A DNA stretch of 64,000 nt, taken from contig CM074805.1 in assembly GCA_037447605.1 (NCBI GenBank), forward strand, positions 682,001 to 746,000. The letters are read 5' to 3'. The position numbers were made by a program, and so were the translations under genes. Each line of letters opens with the position of its first letter. The stretch's first letter is position 1. The DNA comes from Zygnema circumcarinatum SAG 698-1b (Eukaryota > Plantae > Zygnematophyceae). Below are positions 36,380-49,624 of this stretch, piece after piece. The notes below the pieces were generated by a model. The model was not told where the DNA came from and made no database searches. It saw nothing but the letters and a program-made list of their open reading frames with translations.

Positions 36380-37482
36380 ATGGCGCGGTGGGGAGAAGGG
36401 GATCCCCGCTGGCTTGTCCAGGATAGAGGAGATGGCCAAAATGTGAATGGATGGCACTGGTAAGTGAGCACGTCCTGCCTGCTAACAAAGACCACTTACT
36501 CGAGGTTATCAGATCTCAATGTTGTTGAGCGGTTGCTGTGCATTTCTAATTTGGGCTGAACCAAGTCAGCTATTACTGAAATTTCTTGCAAAGTAGCACA
36601 CTGTGAATGGCAATGGAATTCGACTCCTGCAGTTCGGTGCCACCTCAATCTGTGCTAGTCACTTGTAGAGCGCTCTTCAATTGGCATGCACTTAAATTTT
36701 GTCATGCCCCTCACCATTTGCCTGTTGGTGGCTTTGGCTGATAAAAGCGCAGGACAGAGAAGAATTGTACGGCATGGACAAAGAGGAGGATTCAGGAGTT
36801 GGTGCAGGGCTTATGTCCAAGTATGAATGCTAGAGACGGCTGGGCGAAAATCACTGGCCTCAAGAGCATGGATGGCGAGGTAAGTCAACTCAACTGCACA
36901 GTTGCGGTGCATAGCTGCAGAATTTCTTCGTTCCTTTCATATTTTGCTGGCATCAGGTCACTGGTTGCCATAGACGTTGTTCTGCCATTGAAAGGAACGC
37001 TTGCTTAGAATTGGTATTTAAAGAACAAGTTTAGTTTTCCTTTTTTTCTCAGTTTTTAAATTGCAAGTTGAGAGAAGAAAGGAAGGAGCCTGTTTCTTTT
37101 TTACTAAAGGTCGACCTTTTAGCTCGGCAAGTTGCCGTGTGTGCGAAACAAGACTTCAAGATGGTCGTCTGTGTTGTTGCAGGTTGTGGTAAATACAAGA
37201 AAAGGGAACAGGCGCTTTGTGATGTATGACATTTCAGTCACCCTGTCTTGGAAGGGAGAGGCTAGCAGGCCGCTGACCTCAGAGAAGTTGAAAGTTTCAG
37301 GAGAAATAAAGTTGGGAGAGTTTGCAAATGACAATGATGTGGATGACTACATGTTTGAAGTGACCGTGGAGGGGGACGGTGAGGGGCATGCGCGCATGAA
37401 GAAGGCCATGGCCTCCATACGAGGCTCGCTAGTGGAGAAGCTGCATCAAGTGCTGAGGGAACTCCATGAATCCCTTGATTGA
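36380..37482 (+). CDS. AHA1: Activator of Hsp90 ATPase, N-terminal-domain-only protein (Aha1_N), 3 exons
   Basis: MARWGEGDPRWLVQDRGDGQNVNGWHWTEKN, then VNTRKGNRRFVMYDISVTLSWKG...GEIKLGEF. Stop at 37482, with no C-terminal START-like domain. Confidence 0.9.
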
Positions 37483-38640
37483 ATGAAAGCCTTCCTCTGG
37501 GAGAAGGTGCCCCATATATAGTCTGCTATGGCTGGTCATGCCATGGCTCGTTTCAATGAATGTGGATATAATGTTTGTTTGCTTTGCGTCCTCCTTGGCA
37601 CATGGCTTCTATGTTGTTTGTTTGTGTTGAGCAGATATTATTCTGCATATTTGGAGAGAAGAAGAACAAGGCTCTTGCTGAAGGCGTAGACGAACAGGGA
37701 CGAGCCTTGGCTGATGGTTTTTGGAAGCATGCTGACATCATATGGTCTCCTATGGCCATCTTAACATCTCATGCTCCTTGACTCTCCAAAGTCGCAACAT
37801 AACAACATCGGTTGACCCAGAAGTGGTGTGCAAGCTGGTTGGGCACGGCGTTGAAGGTGGTTTCCCTTTCCATTTTCATCGGTCTTGGAAGAGCAGCGAT
37901 GATCAGGGGTAGCAAATCGGAATGGTGAGAAGTTCCGAGTTGTGGCACCTGCCGATTGCAAGATGATGCCATAAAATCAGGAGATAATGCCATAAAGTCG
38001 TGAGGTACATGAAATCAATCGAGTACTCCATAAAGTCAAAAGCGAATGCAATGAAGTCGGTATGAAATGCCATAAAAGTCACTTGATAAGGCCAGAAGGT
38101 GACTATGATAACGTGTGCAGTTGTGAGGGATGCCGAGGCAAGAAAGAACAGCAACGCTTTAAAAGAGAACCATAACACAAAGCTCAGTTCTGAAGATCAC
38201 AATGAGAAAGAACGAATCTGCTATTAAAAGTCACAATTTCTCTCGACTTCAGGACAGAAACAACATCTTTGGTGGCAAAACCGCTATATTTGCAGATCTG
38301 ACCCTCTACTCTTTAAACATTACAGAGACTGCAGGCTGTGCAGTCTCTACCAGCCTGACGTATAGTGGAACACAGCTCCAGATCCGAAGCCAAAATATAC
38401 ATAAGAATGGCCACCGCTGCCACACAGAGAAAAAACATGAGCACCTGCGCAAAGCGGTATACAATGCAAGCGCGCCATGTTACCGTTAACCCTAATCCAA
38501 TCTCCAAAGCGCCTTAAATCACAGCCAATTGCAACGCGTGGAATCTTCAATCCCCGAGGACGACTTACTGAATGACTATCAGAGAATTGTGTGATGGCGA
38601 TACCGAGAACCTGCGGCTGAGATCACTTCCAAAGTTAAGG

Positions 38641-41600
38641 TCAAGGCCTGGAAAGAATTTCCTTCACGAGGGCCACAACTCCCTGAGCGTCCACCCCAAG
38701 CGCCACTCTGCATAGGGGATGCCCTGTCCAGGGGTTGGGCCCATTCCAACTGCACATGCAGGAGGGAGGTTCCATGTTCAGCACTTCACGTTGTACAAAG
38801 GAAACGAAAACCAAAGCAATAGGGCATGATAGAGTTTCTTTGTGAAAGCAAGCGCATCATCTTCGTTTGAGGCCTTTGCCAAACTGAGATCGTGAGGACA
38901 TCATATCTTGCTCACTTGCTGAGGGTATGGGATGGCCATCTCATAAAGGCATAGATGTGGGCCATCTGAAGGGAAGCAAAGAACTAAACGTACTTTTTTA
39001 GACCGAGATCCATAATCGTCAGCCCTCGGCAGATTCCCTGCGTCTCAACGCGGACGGCTCCACTTTTCCATGTGAATAGAGATGGGTTGAGGAGAGCTGC
39101 CATACAGGAAGGGTCATGCAAATAGATGCCTGCCACATGTTCACCAGCCTACATGTTTCCGTCACTTTCGGAAGAACATTCAAAGGTATGGCAAAGAGCC
39201 TTCAGCACTTCGAAGTTTAGAGATGAAAAGGAGATATCGGTTTGAAAAGCAATGAGTCCAAGAAATACAACCTGAGGTATCAATCAGCAAGTACTGCTCG
39301 TTAATAGAGTTTGAATGCTGCTTAGCTCACAAAGAGAATGGAAAGGGGATGGGCGTGCCTTTAAGGTGGTCCGACTTCAAGTGCCATTCCAAGTAGAAAC
39401 GAGAAATATCATGGACATAGCCGCCATGGGGGCTTTTTGAATCTCGAATATCATCCAAGTCTTTGTCTGCGGTTCTCAGTACATGTCTTACATGAATCAA
39501 AGGACCCAAGCAAGACCACCTCAAAGTTAAGCTTAAAGTGGACAAAAACGCAGAGTGAATACAGAGACGAGCAATATCCCGAATATTGCAATGTTTGGTC
39601 ACCACATTTCACCTCTCAAAGATGTTATTTGCAATTTTCAAGCTGCTACAAGGTCTGAACACTAACATTCCGCGCCGCAGATTTTCTAAGAGGCCTACCT
39701 GTCATGATTGCTTCGGTCGTTACATTGAGACCCACAATGACGATCTTGGCTCCACTTGTGAACACAATATCAGCAGCTTCTGGATCACCAATAATCTGTG
39801 GTCCCAATAAATCCAGCGAGATATGGATACCCACATCCGACCAAGAAGCTTAAAAAATGGAAAGAATGCTTTTATCCGGTTTCGGCCGACTGTCTCCTCG
39901 CCACTCCATACATAGACTCTTAGTGGGCATACATTTGATAATCACATGCAGGCTGGCGTGAATCCTGGTTAGGGAGGATTCTCACATTGGCTTCCGTGGC
40001 AGGATTAACATTCCCACTGGCAAAGAAGGAGCCGCCAAGCACCCAAATCTCATCTACATTATGAACAAATGCTGGATCCTTTTCAATAGCCTGCACTGCC
40101 ACGGCGACACCATCATCATGTTCTGAGCATGGCTCGCTTCCTGTCACGAGTTTCTCTCAAAAAGAACTTCTGATATGTTCTGATTTCCTTTTTGAAAGCC
40201 AGAAGCAGGCGGGAAAGGAGTCAAGCAAGTCCATCTCTCCCTCCTTCACAAAAAAGGGGATGCAGATCGACTTTTACGGTCAGCCTCACGGCAAGTTGTT
40301 TTCTTACTCTTGCAATATTTGTCAAAGGTCCCAGCTCCATAATAGTAATTTTTCCGGGATGTGCTGCTACAGTTTCCACTAGAAAGTCAGTCGCACTCTT
40401 TGCAATGGCACCGGTTTTGGGTGCCTCAATCGTGATATTTCCGAGTCCATCTCCTCCATGAACAAAATCAGCGATACGGACATCATCGCCCTGCAGTTAT
40501 TGAGCAACGAGGAGGGACATTGTTTGATCTAGGAGAACTGTTTCCTCAATCTGCTGATTAATACTGAGCATGTGAACTGTATTTCACTGCTTCTTTCACT
40601 GATATCGTCCTAAGATTGACTGACTGTCCACCAGCCATTGACAGGCATCTACCTTACGTTTAGGGCAGGGCGTTCCTGTTTCCCGACTACTACCATCCTC
40701 TTTCCCGACTCTTAACGAGGAAGACGATTCTCTTCCCTAGCTCTGCAAAAGACAGTGGTAAATGCAACAAATGATGCAATAATGTAATAAGGCTCACATT
40801 CAACGGTCGATGGTCACCTTCAGCTACTGGTACATCGCTCCGGCCCACCAATTCACACTGTAGGCAGAACATTCAAAGTTGAATTATAGGAGGACACTTC
40901 AATTTTGTCTCTTGACAGAACAAACTCTTAAGCGTAGTTCTGCAAAACAATAAGCATTCAAGAGTTGCATGTTGCTCTCTTGGGCTTAAAAGAAAGCAGA
41001 GTGTGTATGTGTGTGTGGGATAGAGAGAGGAGACTAAGTACAGTGAGTGAAACGTACCAAATGAAGACTATTGCGTGTTGCGATAGAAGTGCTGGTGTTT
41101 CCAAACGTGCTCGTTAAGCCAATAACTTCGAGCTCTGGACTCTTGAAGGCCATCAATATCGCCATAGCGTCATCTAGAAATGACAGAGCAGTTCGGATGA
41201 GGAAATGATTTTGAACTAGTGAGTGACAAATATTGCTTACAATGGGCCAACTCGTTCACAATTCATCATTTCGAGGAAAACGATCAAGATAATCATTCGC
41301 AATCCTATTGACATACTTCAAGTCACTACCATTTGGCCTGCAGGTGTGAAGACCGGGCCATAAAACAACCTTCGAACGCAGCTTTTTAAAGAAACTCGCG
41401 ACAGTAGAGGTGGGAGTCTTCATGCAGGTGCATAGTCGACCAGTTCTTTACTCCAGATACATTTTCAATCAAGACGGTATCCAGGAATAAGTCTAAGAGT
41501 ACTTGGCCGAATTAGACCATCGGCGATGGCACTACTATTTGGTGCAGAGCGGCAATACACCCGACACATCGCTACATTCGGCAATGCTAGCCTCGTCTGA

Positions 41601-41891
41601 GCTTCTCATTATCAAAGTTAAGATCATTTTCCATTTTATTGTACACTTTCACTTTGAGTGACATGATTAAATGTGTTTCAAATCTGGCAATGCCTCGCTT
41701 ATCATAGCACGAAGTTTCCGAGAACCGGACAATGCAGGGCGCGAAATGCAATGGAGAGGCCAAGCACTGGTGGACTGACAAGAAAACATACCAATTCCGG
41801 GGTCTGTATTGATAATTATCTTGCGTGACTTAAAGGACTCATTTGGAATGGCAGAAAACACCCCCCCTTCTGGAGCTGTTTCCACTACCAT
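38641..41891 (-). CDS. URH1: Nucleoside hydrolase, NSH1/URH1 type
   Basis: IINTDPGIDDAMAI, ADFVHGGDGLGN, LGPLTNIA, VLGGSFFASGNVNPATEANIIGDPEAADIVF, GIYLHDP, VRVETQGICRG, and WNGPNPWTG (NSH1-like tail). Confidence 0.92.
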
Positions 41892-43096
41892 TTCTGGCTT
41901 CTACGCAAATGCAGACACTTTTTCGAGCGGTCTCGCTCACTCCCGCTATAACTTCGAAGTACTAGCGCCAAGAAGAACCCCCGGAGTCACAAACGTCTCT
42001 GCAGGAGCGGCCGAGTGCAGTGCAGCGCAGTGAGGTGTGGGAGGGAGGGAGAGGGCGGCACAAGAAGTGTCCCTGCGCGCCTGAACGTGTGGCTCCAAAT
42101 GGCCCCAAAAAGGCCCAAACCAGAAAGGGACCTATCCATCCATGGACGCGAGTTTCGCCGCAGCGACTTCGAGCTTGGCAGGGGGCATGCATTGGCTGCC
42201 ATTGGCTGGCAGCCATTGGTTGGCAGCATGAGAGCATGCATGCCGTGCATGTGCATTTTCTCGTGATCCTACGACGTTCTCTCGTCAGTCGGAGCTGTCG
42301 ACAATGTTTTTTAGGGAAGGTTTACTAAAAAACATAAACCACGAAGGCAGTGTAGCCTTTGGGATCTTCAAGAATTTTGCATCGTCTTTCTGCTTTCTAA
42401 AGATAGCACATTCGATGACCGCCTTCCTTTTGTTTGTAGGTCATTTGTGACATTGGTTCCACATGCCTCATCTTGCACCGTGCTCTACATGCTGTGTTTG
42501 CACATGCACATTTGATAGCGTCGCTATTGCGAGATCAATGCCAATCGATAAATTTTTCATTATAAAAAACCATATTTAAACAACAGCATAGACGAGATAG
42601 AGCGGCTAAGAAACAACGAGAACGAACAGACAATAGGTAGAGAAGTCATTTTATCCAGACGACAGAGAGCATAAACTGTTAAATGCATTAAAAAAGTACA
42701 GGAAAGCCAAACAACAGGGGTGTGCAATCACCAAAACTGCAAGTTTCACTACTGGATACATGATCTCAAGCCTCACCTCGCTCACTCACTACAGCTTTTC
42801 TACTCTCCACGTGCTCAATGCTTCCCGCCCTGTGATATATGCTAACTGCTACTTCCTATACTGAGTGCTTTCAAAACATAATACCGCCGTAACTCTATGC
42901 GGGTCAACAAGTTTCTGAGTGAGAAATCGTTAAACTCCAGAAATCTGACTCAGTGAAGCCCGTGATTTACCAAGCAGAATCCGTCAATCCCTCCCTGCTT
43001 TTAAGAAATGGGAACAATCTGAATCCCCGTGTCCCCAATCTGGGTGTGAATCCCCATGTCCAAGTAAGGCAGACACCACGCTTCAAAGGGGCCTCC

Positions 43097-46000
43097 TTAT
43101 CTGATTCGTCGAATGGGAACAGAATCTCCAAAGAGGGCTTCTATTTCACTAGGCTTCATTTTCAACGACTCGAAGAACTCCCTCTCTTCTAAAGTCAACT
43201 CCTGCAAGAACCGCTTTCGGTCGTATTGCACTTCTGCGAATCCCTGTTTCAGCTTCGCTAACAAGTCCAGCTCTAATTTTCCTGCCGCAACCACCTTTTG
43301 CCCGAAGTTCTGTATACCTGCCACCACAGATCTCTCCTCCTCCTCTACTGCTCTCTCTATGCGAGCCAGGAGAGGCTCTGGAGGTCCACATGTGTTGTCT
43401 GTTGTACGGAACTGACGATCAAAGTCAAGTCCCACTTTGCTGGTGGCCTCCCGCAACTGCGGAACGATGCTTTCAGGGAGCGTTTTTGAACGTGTGTAAA
43501 GAACAGCTCCACCATAGCCGTCCCATGCATCGTTCTTCCCCCGATAGTATACAAGAATGTAGTCATCCGACTTCTGTTCATCCTGCGCAGCGAGGATATA
43601 CCTGCCCACAACCATACACCCAAGAATAGAATGTCAAAACACTGTACCAAGCCCCCCCGAGAGTCCTAAGGGCCGAAGAGAATACGAGTTTGAGCTTAGA
43701 GCACGTCTGAAAAATACATGACCAAGCTTTCGGCACTTGTGAGAAATATTGTTGTCCTTATAGGGTGGTACACGAAACATTCATTGGGTTTGATGAGTTT
43801 CCTGCTTCTCGATAACATAGAGAAAGGCCCATAAGAAGCTACCAGTCATCTTGGTAATGAAGAAACTCATTGTCGTGGTTGTACAAGATGCCGGGCTGGT
43901 TTGGGTCCTGCACAAAATCTTGAACTGCACCACGCTCGATGAAGCCGCCATCGAGTGCTGGCACTCTCCAGTTCAAGTTGGCTCTCATCTTGTTCCCATC
44001 CGCTTTAAACGTGTGGACTTGGCAATCGAATGTATCAAAGGTGGGGTTGAGGCCGCTCGTAATGTACCACACGCCATCAAACTGCTTTGGCTGAAACTCC
44101 GGCACGAGAGCTGTGGGGGGTGGAATTGGGTAAAGGTTTTCATCCGGTTTCTGGGGTACACACTGCTTTTTTGATACCGCACAGGTGTTGAACTCGTCTA
44201 CCACGGAATTTTCAAACAGATCTCCACATCTGATCTGGAAATAAATGGGAAAATTGAAGAGTATGAATGCCAGAAAGTAGGAAAGCCATGACATGCGGAA
44301 CTGTTCAAAAGTAATCACTCGTCTGTTTATTATTGGACGCTACCTTGGTGCCCTCCATTTTCAAGAACAAGAGCATTTATGTTCTATGTACACTTGCGCC
44401 AATGCTTCACCTGCCGTTCCAATATACCAGTTACAGAAAAGCAGTAACATTTTCCTCTACCGCAATACATACGTTGCGTAAAGGTTAAATGGCTCAAGTC
44501 TACATAAAAGTGGTTGTACTGCCTATCAGGTTCAGCAGTACTTGCCTGGCATTCTGTCTCATCGGGTCTCCCATTGCAGGATTGCAGGCAGGCAATATTG
44601 GTAGCGCACTTTACATCACCCAAGCAGCGTGCAAACTCCGCCCTGCAATATTTGACCTCTAATCCCCCATCAGAAACCCTGTTACACCATCAAATACCGA
44701 TGGCTTTACAATACTTTAGGGTGCATCGCACAACTATGAAGCAGGAGAATTTGCGTAGCGTCATCGTCCAATGTCTGAGCTGCAGTGCAAGGATAATTGT
44801 AGACTTTGATTGCTAGGTGTGCTTGCAGTGAAGGAAAAGTAGTTTGAAACAACTGCACTTGACACAATCAAAGTCTCCTTCCTTTCTACGACTAGGTCTC
44901 AACACTCAATATCTAGCAGGCGATGCCAGCTATTCTAGTAGTGTTAGGTGCAAATCCTATATATTAGTCCGGGAATCGCAGGGATGCAACTCCACGACCT
45001 CCGTTACTCATCAAGTAGAAAACAAGTTCCATCTAGGACATAATGTTGGGATTACAACTAAAGGATACTCTTTTGACCGGCAAGCTAGGTTCGTATGTAT
45101 GAAGTTAGAAGCAGTTCTGAGATTTTTTGAGAGCAAGTGAAAGCATGAACATCGTCCGTACTACTGGCCGCAAGGCAATGTAGCCAGCCAAGCAGAACAA
45201 CTTACCATGCTCAAAGCGTTCTCCAATGGATGCAAACGAAAAAACTCATTCTCTAGACAGTTTGACCTACACTGCTCAGGCATCAAGCCCGCTATGGAGA
45301 GGGAGAAGTGTGCAGAAATAATGTAATAATATCTGAATATTCAAGAAAATACGGCTCCAAGCAACCAAAGGACGAAAGACGATGGGGAATAAGCGAGGGG
45401 GAAGGGAGGGGCGGCGGGGTGGGGATGGGGGGAGCACAATGCGGAATGTCGTGTAAATGCAAGTGGCGACATGTGCTAAATGTTGAATATGCAGAAAAAA
45501 AAATGGCAGTAGATTATTCAAGAAAAAAGCTACAAAACAAGTGCGTGCTCAGATTCATCATCCATGAAATGGCTTCCAAATTATTAGAACTGCTTGCTTC
45601 TGCCATTCAGAAAGAGCCAAAAAAAAAAAAAAAGGGAAAACGCCTAGTGCTGACATAGGAAGTCAAGAAACGGATTCAAACATAGCCGTTCATTTGCCTC
45701 AAGGTGAAAAAGTCAAGCTCGGACCTGCACTCTTTCAGAAGACATGTACAAGTCTTGAGAGCATCAGCAGCATTCGCTGAAGGTACCAAAACAGCCCCTG
45801 CTACTACCGCAGCTGCGATCGCCGGCAGTGCAAGTGCCCGCCATCCAGCAAGGGGCCCTGAAAGAGGCTCCGAGGCCTCTGATCCCCGTCTCGAATCGTC
45901 CATCACATAGGAATCGGGAGTTCTCCTTTCTGCAGAGCACTGAAATCTATCGCTGTGACCGTGCTTCCGAGTACACGCAGGTGCGTCATGCAGAGACGGA

Positions 46001-46573
46001 AAACGTTCAACTTTCGGCCAAAACGGTTGCAGCTTCTGTCGGCCTGCGCTCCTGCGGGAGCCTGCAGAGTCTTTTAGTTGCAGTCAGTATTCATGCCATG
46101 TACGGTATGTACATTCATGGCACTCATGTTTCTATCCACAAAGAGTCAATATCTGATAACAGCTCTTCTGAAGATACTTTGACCTAATCTCTTACGACGA
46201 TAGGATCATACAATATTTCCGAACGGCCTGATGCCTCTAGCAGTAGCATTGGACCACGCATTGTGCAAGCCTTTCATCGAAAAGAAGCGCCACCTTCAGT
46301 CACTCCTGTGAAGAGATGAAACTTGAGCAAATAAAAACGAATGCGCCACAAAAAAAAAAAAAAAAAAAGCGATAAAAAGCTATGCATGCTCCGTACGCTT
46401 ATCCTGACACCCTCTGACACCCTTATGACTGGTCTCCCTGATGGAGAGTAGTTTTGTGCGCAGAACAATTGAGTGCGCTTGGCGAGCATGCCTGCACCTG
46501 ATGCAGCGACGCCATAGCTACCAGCAAGATGCAGGCAGAGCTGCCTCGTCCCATCTAGAGCAAGCCCCGCCAT
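43097..46573 (-). CDS. VDE: Violaxanthin de-epoxidase
   Basis: [100 protein letters not shown], and a Glu-rich tail. Confidence 0.97.
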
Positions 46574-46674
46574 AGCCGTTCCAACACACAGATTCCAGAT
46601 ATGGAGAAGAGAGGGAGACTCAAAAGAAAAGCAAACTTGACCAAGGAAAGCTCGTAAAGGAGTGTGTGTGTGTG

Positions 46675-46677
<3 letters not shown>

Positions 46678-46729
<52 letters not shown>
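46678..46729. repeat. (GA)n microsatellite in the VDE 5' region
   Basis: Seen directly. Confidence 0.95.
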
Positions 46730-46738
<9 letters not shown>

Positions 46739-46831
46739 CACGGGGAGAGCGCCTTCGGGAGAAGGAGAGAGGAACGAAGGCTTCTTTTCAAGGACCGGTG
46801 CAGCAGCTGACAGCTGGTGCACCATTTTTTT

Positions 46832-46980
46832 GCCACGTCGCCCAGCACGCCACGCTGGCACCACATCCATTCTATTATTGGCTGGTTTGTGCCATGGTGG
46901 CAACATATGGTGACGTGGCCCTATGTTTGAAGCCACGTGTACTGCGAGCCACGTGGCCCGCTTTCTCGGCTGTCACGTGC
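46832..46980. promoter_or_regulatory. G-box/ABRE cluster upstream of VDE
   Basis: Three CACGTG within 46934-46979, plus GCCACGTC (46832) and GACGTGGC (46912). Confidence 0.6.
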
Positions 46981-48017
46981 GTGGCATGTACAAACAGTAC
47001 GTCTTTAAGTGGTGTCCGTAACCAGTAAACTGTACGGCATTTTACAAATATTACACTGAAAATATCCAGCGCACATCGCAGACGGTCAGAACACAGCTAT
47101 TGGCCAATCACACGCCACCGAGCTCAGTCTTGACGGGCTCTGATTGGGCCACGTCAGTTGTACTGTGGCGCCAGCTGGAGCGCGGCTCACATCTCAAAGT
47201 TTGGAGCCGCCTTCGGCCGTTGCAAGCTCTGCCTTTCGGTCACTGTGCAGGGCCGAGCTCGGCAGGAAGAGGTAGGCGGCGGGCTGAGGCCATGGAGGGA
47301 GCCATGGGGGACTACTCCTCCGGTACTGTAAATAATCACAAAGACAGGTTCTTAGGAGAATGGAAGAACTTGCATTGATCTGCATTGGTCTGATTTTCGT
47401 TTTATGCAAACGACCAACGAGTCAACTGGCAAGGGGAGTCGCTGTGCGGCACTTCTTCGCCGCGAGTAAGGCATTGGGGCAAGCCTGACTAAGGGCTCAG
47501 TTTTCGTACTGTAGAGTACAGCATTGAGCGTTCTCAACATGCTTTAAAAAAAAAGAGATAGGAAAAGAAAATTGGCATAACATGCGTTCACTCGTTAGGC
47601 GGAAATGGAGGAGGCTTCAGCATGCGACCTCGTCCTACAATCTCAATCCTTTTGTTGAGTCACAAGCACCAGGCACCTCACATATGCAGGGCCTTTGAAT
47701 ATGTTAGTTACTAAAAGAAGTTTGTTTCCCCTAACAAAAACCACGACTCCACCTTTCCAAGAACATCAGCTAAGGCGGCTCGGGCGAGCTTTCCTGCCGC
47801 CTCTCAGAGTACATGCTGCCTGCTTGCAGGCCAAAAACTTAAGAATCCAGAATTACTCCACTGAATGGGCTTCAACAGTAGCTTCACCATCTTGCACTCG
47901 CTTCAATGATTCCTGGAAATGCAAACAAGCTGCAGCATGCAGCGAAGTAGAGTTTGAGCCTTGCAGTTGCCAGGAATAAGTCGAAATCGAGTACCCATTC
48001 GATTGCTTGCGGAGCAG

Positions 48018-48550
48018 CTAGTTTTTCTCCTTGGAAGACTCAGTAGCCTGTTTTGGCTGCAGTCAAAAAGGTTGCAAAATGTGAGTGCATTCAAGTTCTT
48101 GGTGGACAAATTTCTATCCACGACAGCACAGAAAGAGACTAGCCATCACAGTGGGATACTCTGTGGAGGACTATCAACTTGTTGCATGTCAACATTTTTC
48201 ACTGAATGCCTTTAAAGTTGGGTGTCAGTACTCCTCTTCAATCATTACTTTCACGAGAATGAAAAAAACATCTTCCTTGACCCCTTCCGAGGTTAACAAC
48301 TAGCAGGACAAGAATAAGAAGAACGCTTGAATGGTGTACATATTTTCAAAGGCAAACGGATACACTAATAAATTTGTTCACGAAGGCATTGGCTGAAAGG
48401 AAAACAAGCCTATGGTTGTATACCAACCTGAGAGTAGTGCCAGAAGATGCCGCTGCCTATGTTCATTCCAAGGCTGACTACCAGCACTACTGAAGCAAGC
48501 CCCAAGGAGGCCGTTACACTCCTCTGGACAAGATCTGCAATTTTCACCAT
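48018..48550 (-). CDS. 53-aa single-pass membrane microprotein, tentatively COX14-like; 2 coding exons (48550-48428, 48056-48018)
   Basis: MVKIADLVQRSVTASLGLASVVLVVSLGMNIGSGIFWHYSQ|PKQATESSKEKN*, with a GT donor and a tgactgcag acceptor in phase 0. The COX14 resemblance (D...T..LG......N...G..WH..Q) is from memory. Confidence 0.65.
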
Positions 48551-49624
48551 TTCCGACTGCTGTCGCCCGGCAAATCAACAAATATTCTCTGCACATCAAT
48601 AACTCAAAACACATAAGCGCAAGAACTTTACAGGATTCTCATTCATCAGGGGTGATGCGTATTGGCCATTGAAAATGAAAAATTCTGAGACTTTAGCAGT
48701 TACTCTTTCATTGTTCTAGCCTAAAATCAGCCGAACTGAGCGCTTGACGGAGGTACTGCCAGTTTGGACGTTCTCTGCGTGAACCCATACGAGCATTGCA
48801 CTATTGCCACATGATTTCACATCACCAATCCGAATAATTTGCAGCAAATGAAAATTGCACAGGGAATAGCGACCCATTTTGGAAGACACTTGGTTGGCAA
48901 GCAAGCAACCGGGCAGAGCTATCAATCAAGTTGACCATGGTCAGCATGAGTGATAGAACAAGATGACAGATGAAAATTAATTTTACAACCTCCAGAAGGA
49001 CAACAGGAGGTGTCATTGCGACAGATAGCAGTTCACATCATAACTAATAATTCCCTAAGCAACAGGCCTCCTCTACTGTTTCAAGTTGTGAGTGTATTTT
49101 TTGATAGAACGGAATAAAAAAAGCTCAGCTATATCCTGATGGAGAGCCTTCCCACATGCTTTAAAATGCAGCAAAAAGTAGTCATTCTGCAAACAACAGA
49201 GACGACTCACCACTTGGCCGCACAAAACCCGCGAATGACACAGCCAGAATCCTACAGTTCGTCCCTTCCAATATTAATTCTCTCTCTGCAACGTTTATGC
49301 CAAAGATATATGCCAAAAAGAAGAGGTCATAAGGGTATGCGTTGCCAAATATTGTAAGCTAATGTTATCGCGGACTGCACTCCTTCAGAAAAGAGCTCTC
49401 GGTACATGAGCCTCACTGAAGAGATTTGACCAATCACAGTCTGCCACGTCTGCAACTATGCACACGTGGCAATATATGATTGGCTCCCGCCGACGGGGGC
49501 GCCAGTGACGATCCTTCTCTCGCCTTTCGTTTTGAAGAAAGTTCCATCCATGGAGAACTTTAACCCTAATTTTTAAGGATCGAGGGAGTCCCTGCTGCTG
49601 CCGCGTGTCAGCAGTATATAGCAC

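Noticed and set aside
7186-46573. Functional cluster of plastid lipid/photoprotection genes (FAP3, ABC1K7, Rossmann protein, VDE)
   Set aside because: Interspersed with unrelated genes; plastid-targeted genes are common enough for this to be chance.
47291-47378. Short plus-strand ORF MEGAMGDYSSG... divergent from VDE
   Set aside because: No downstream exon or homology could be linked to it.
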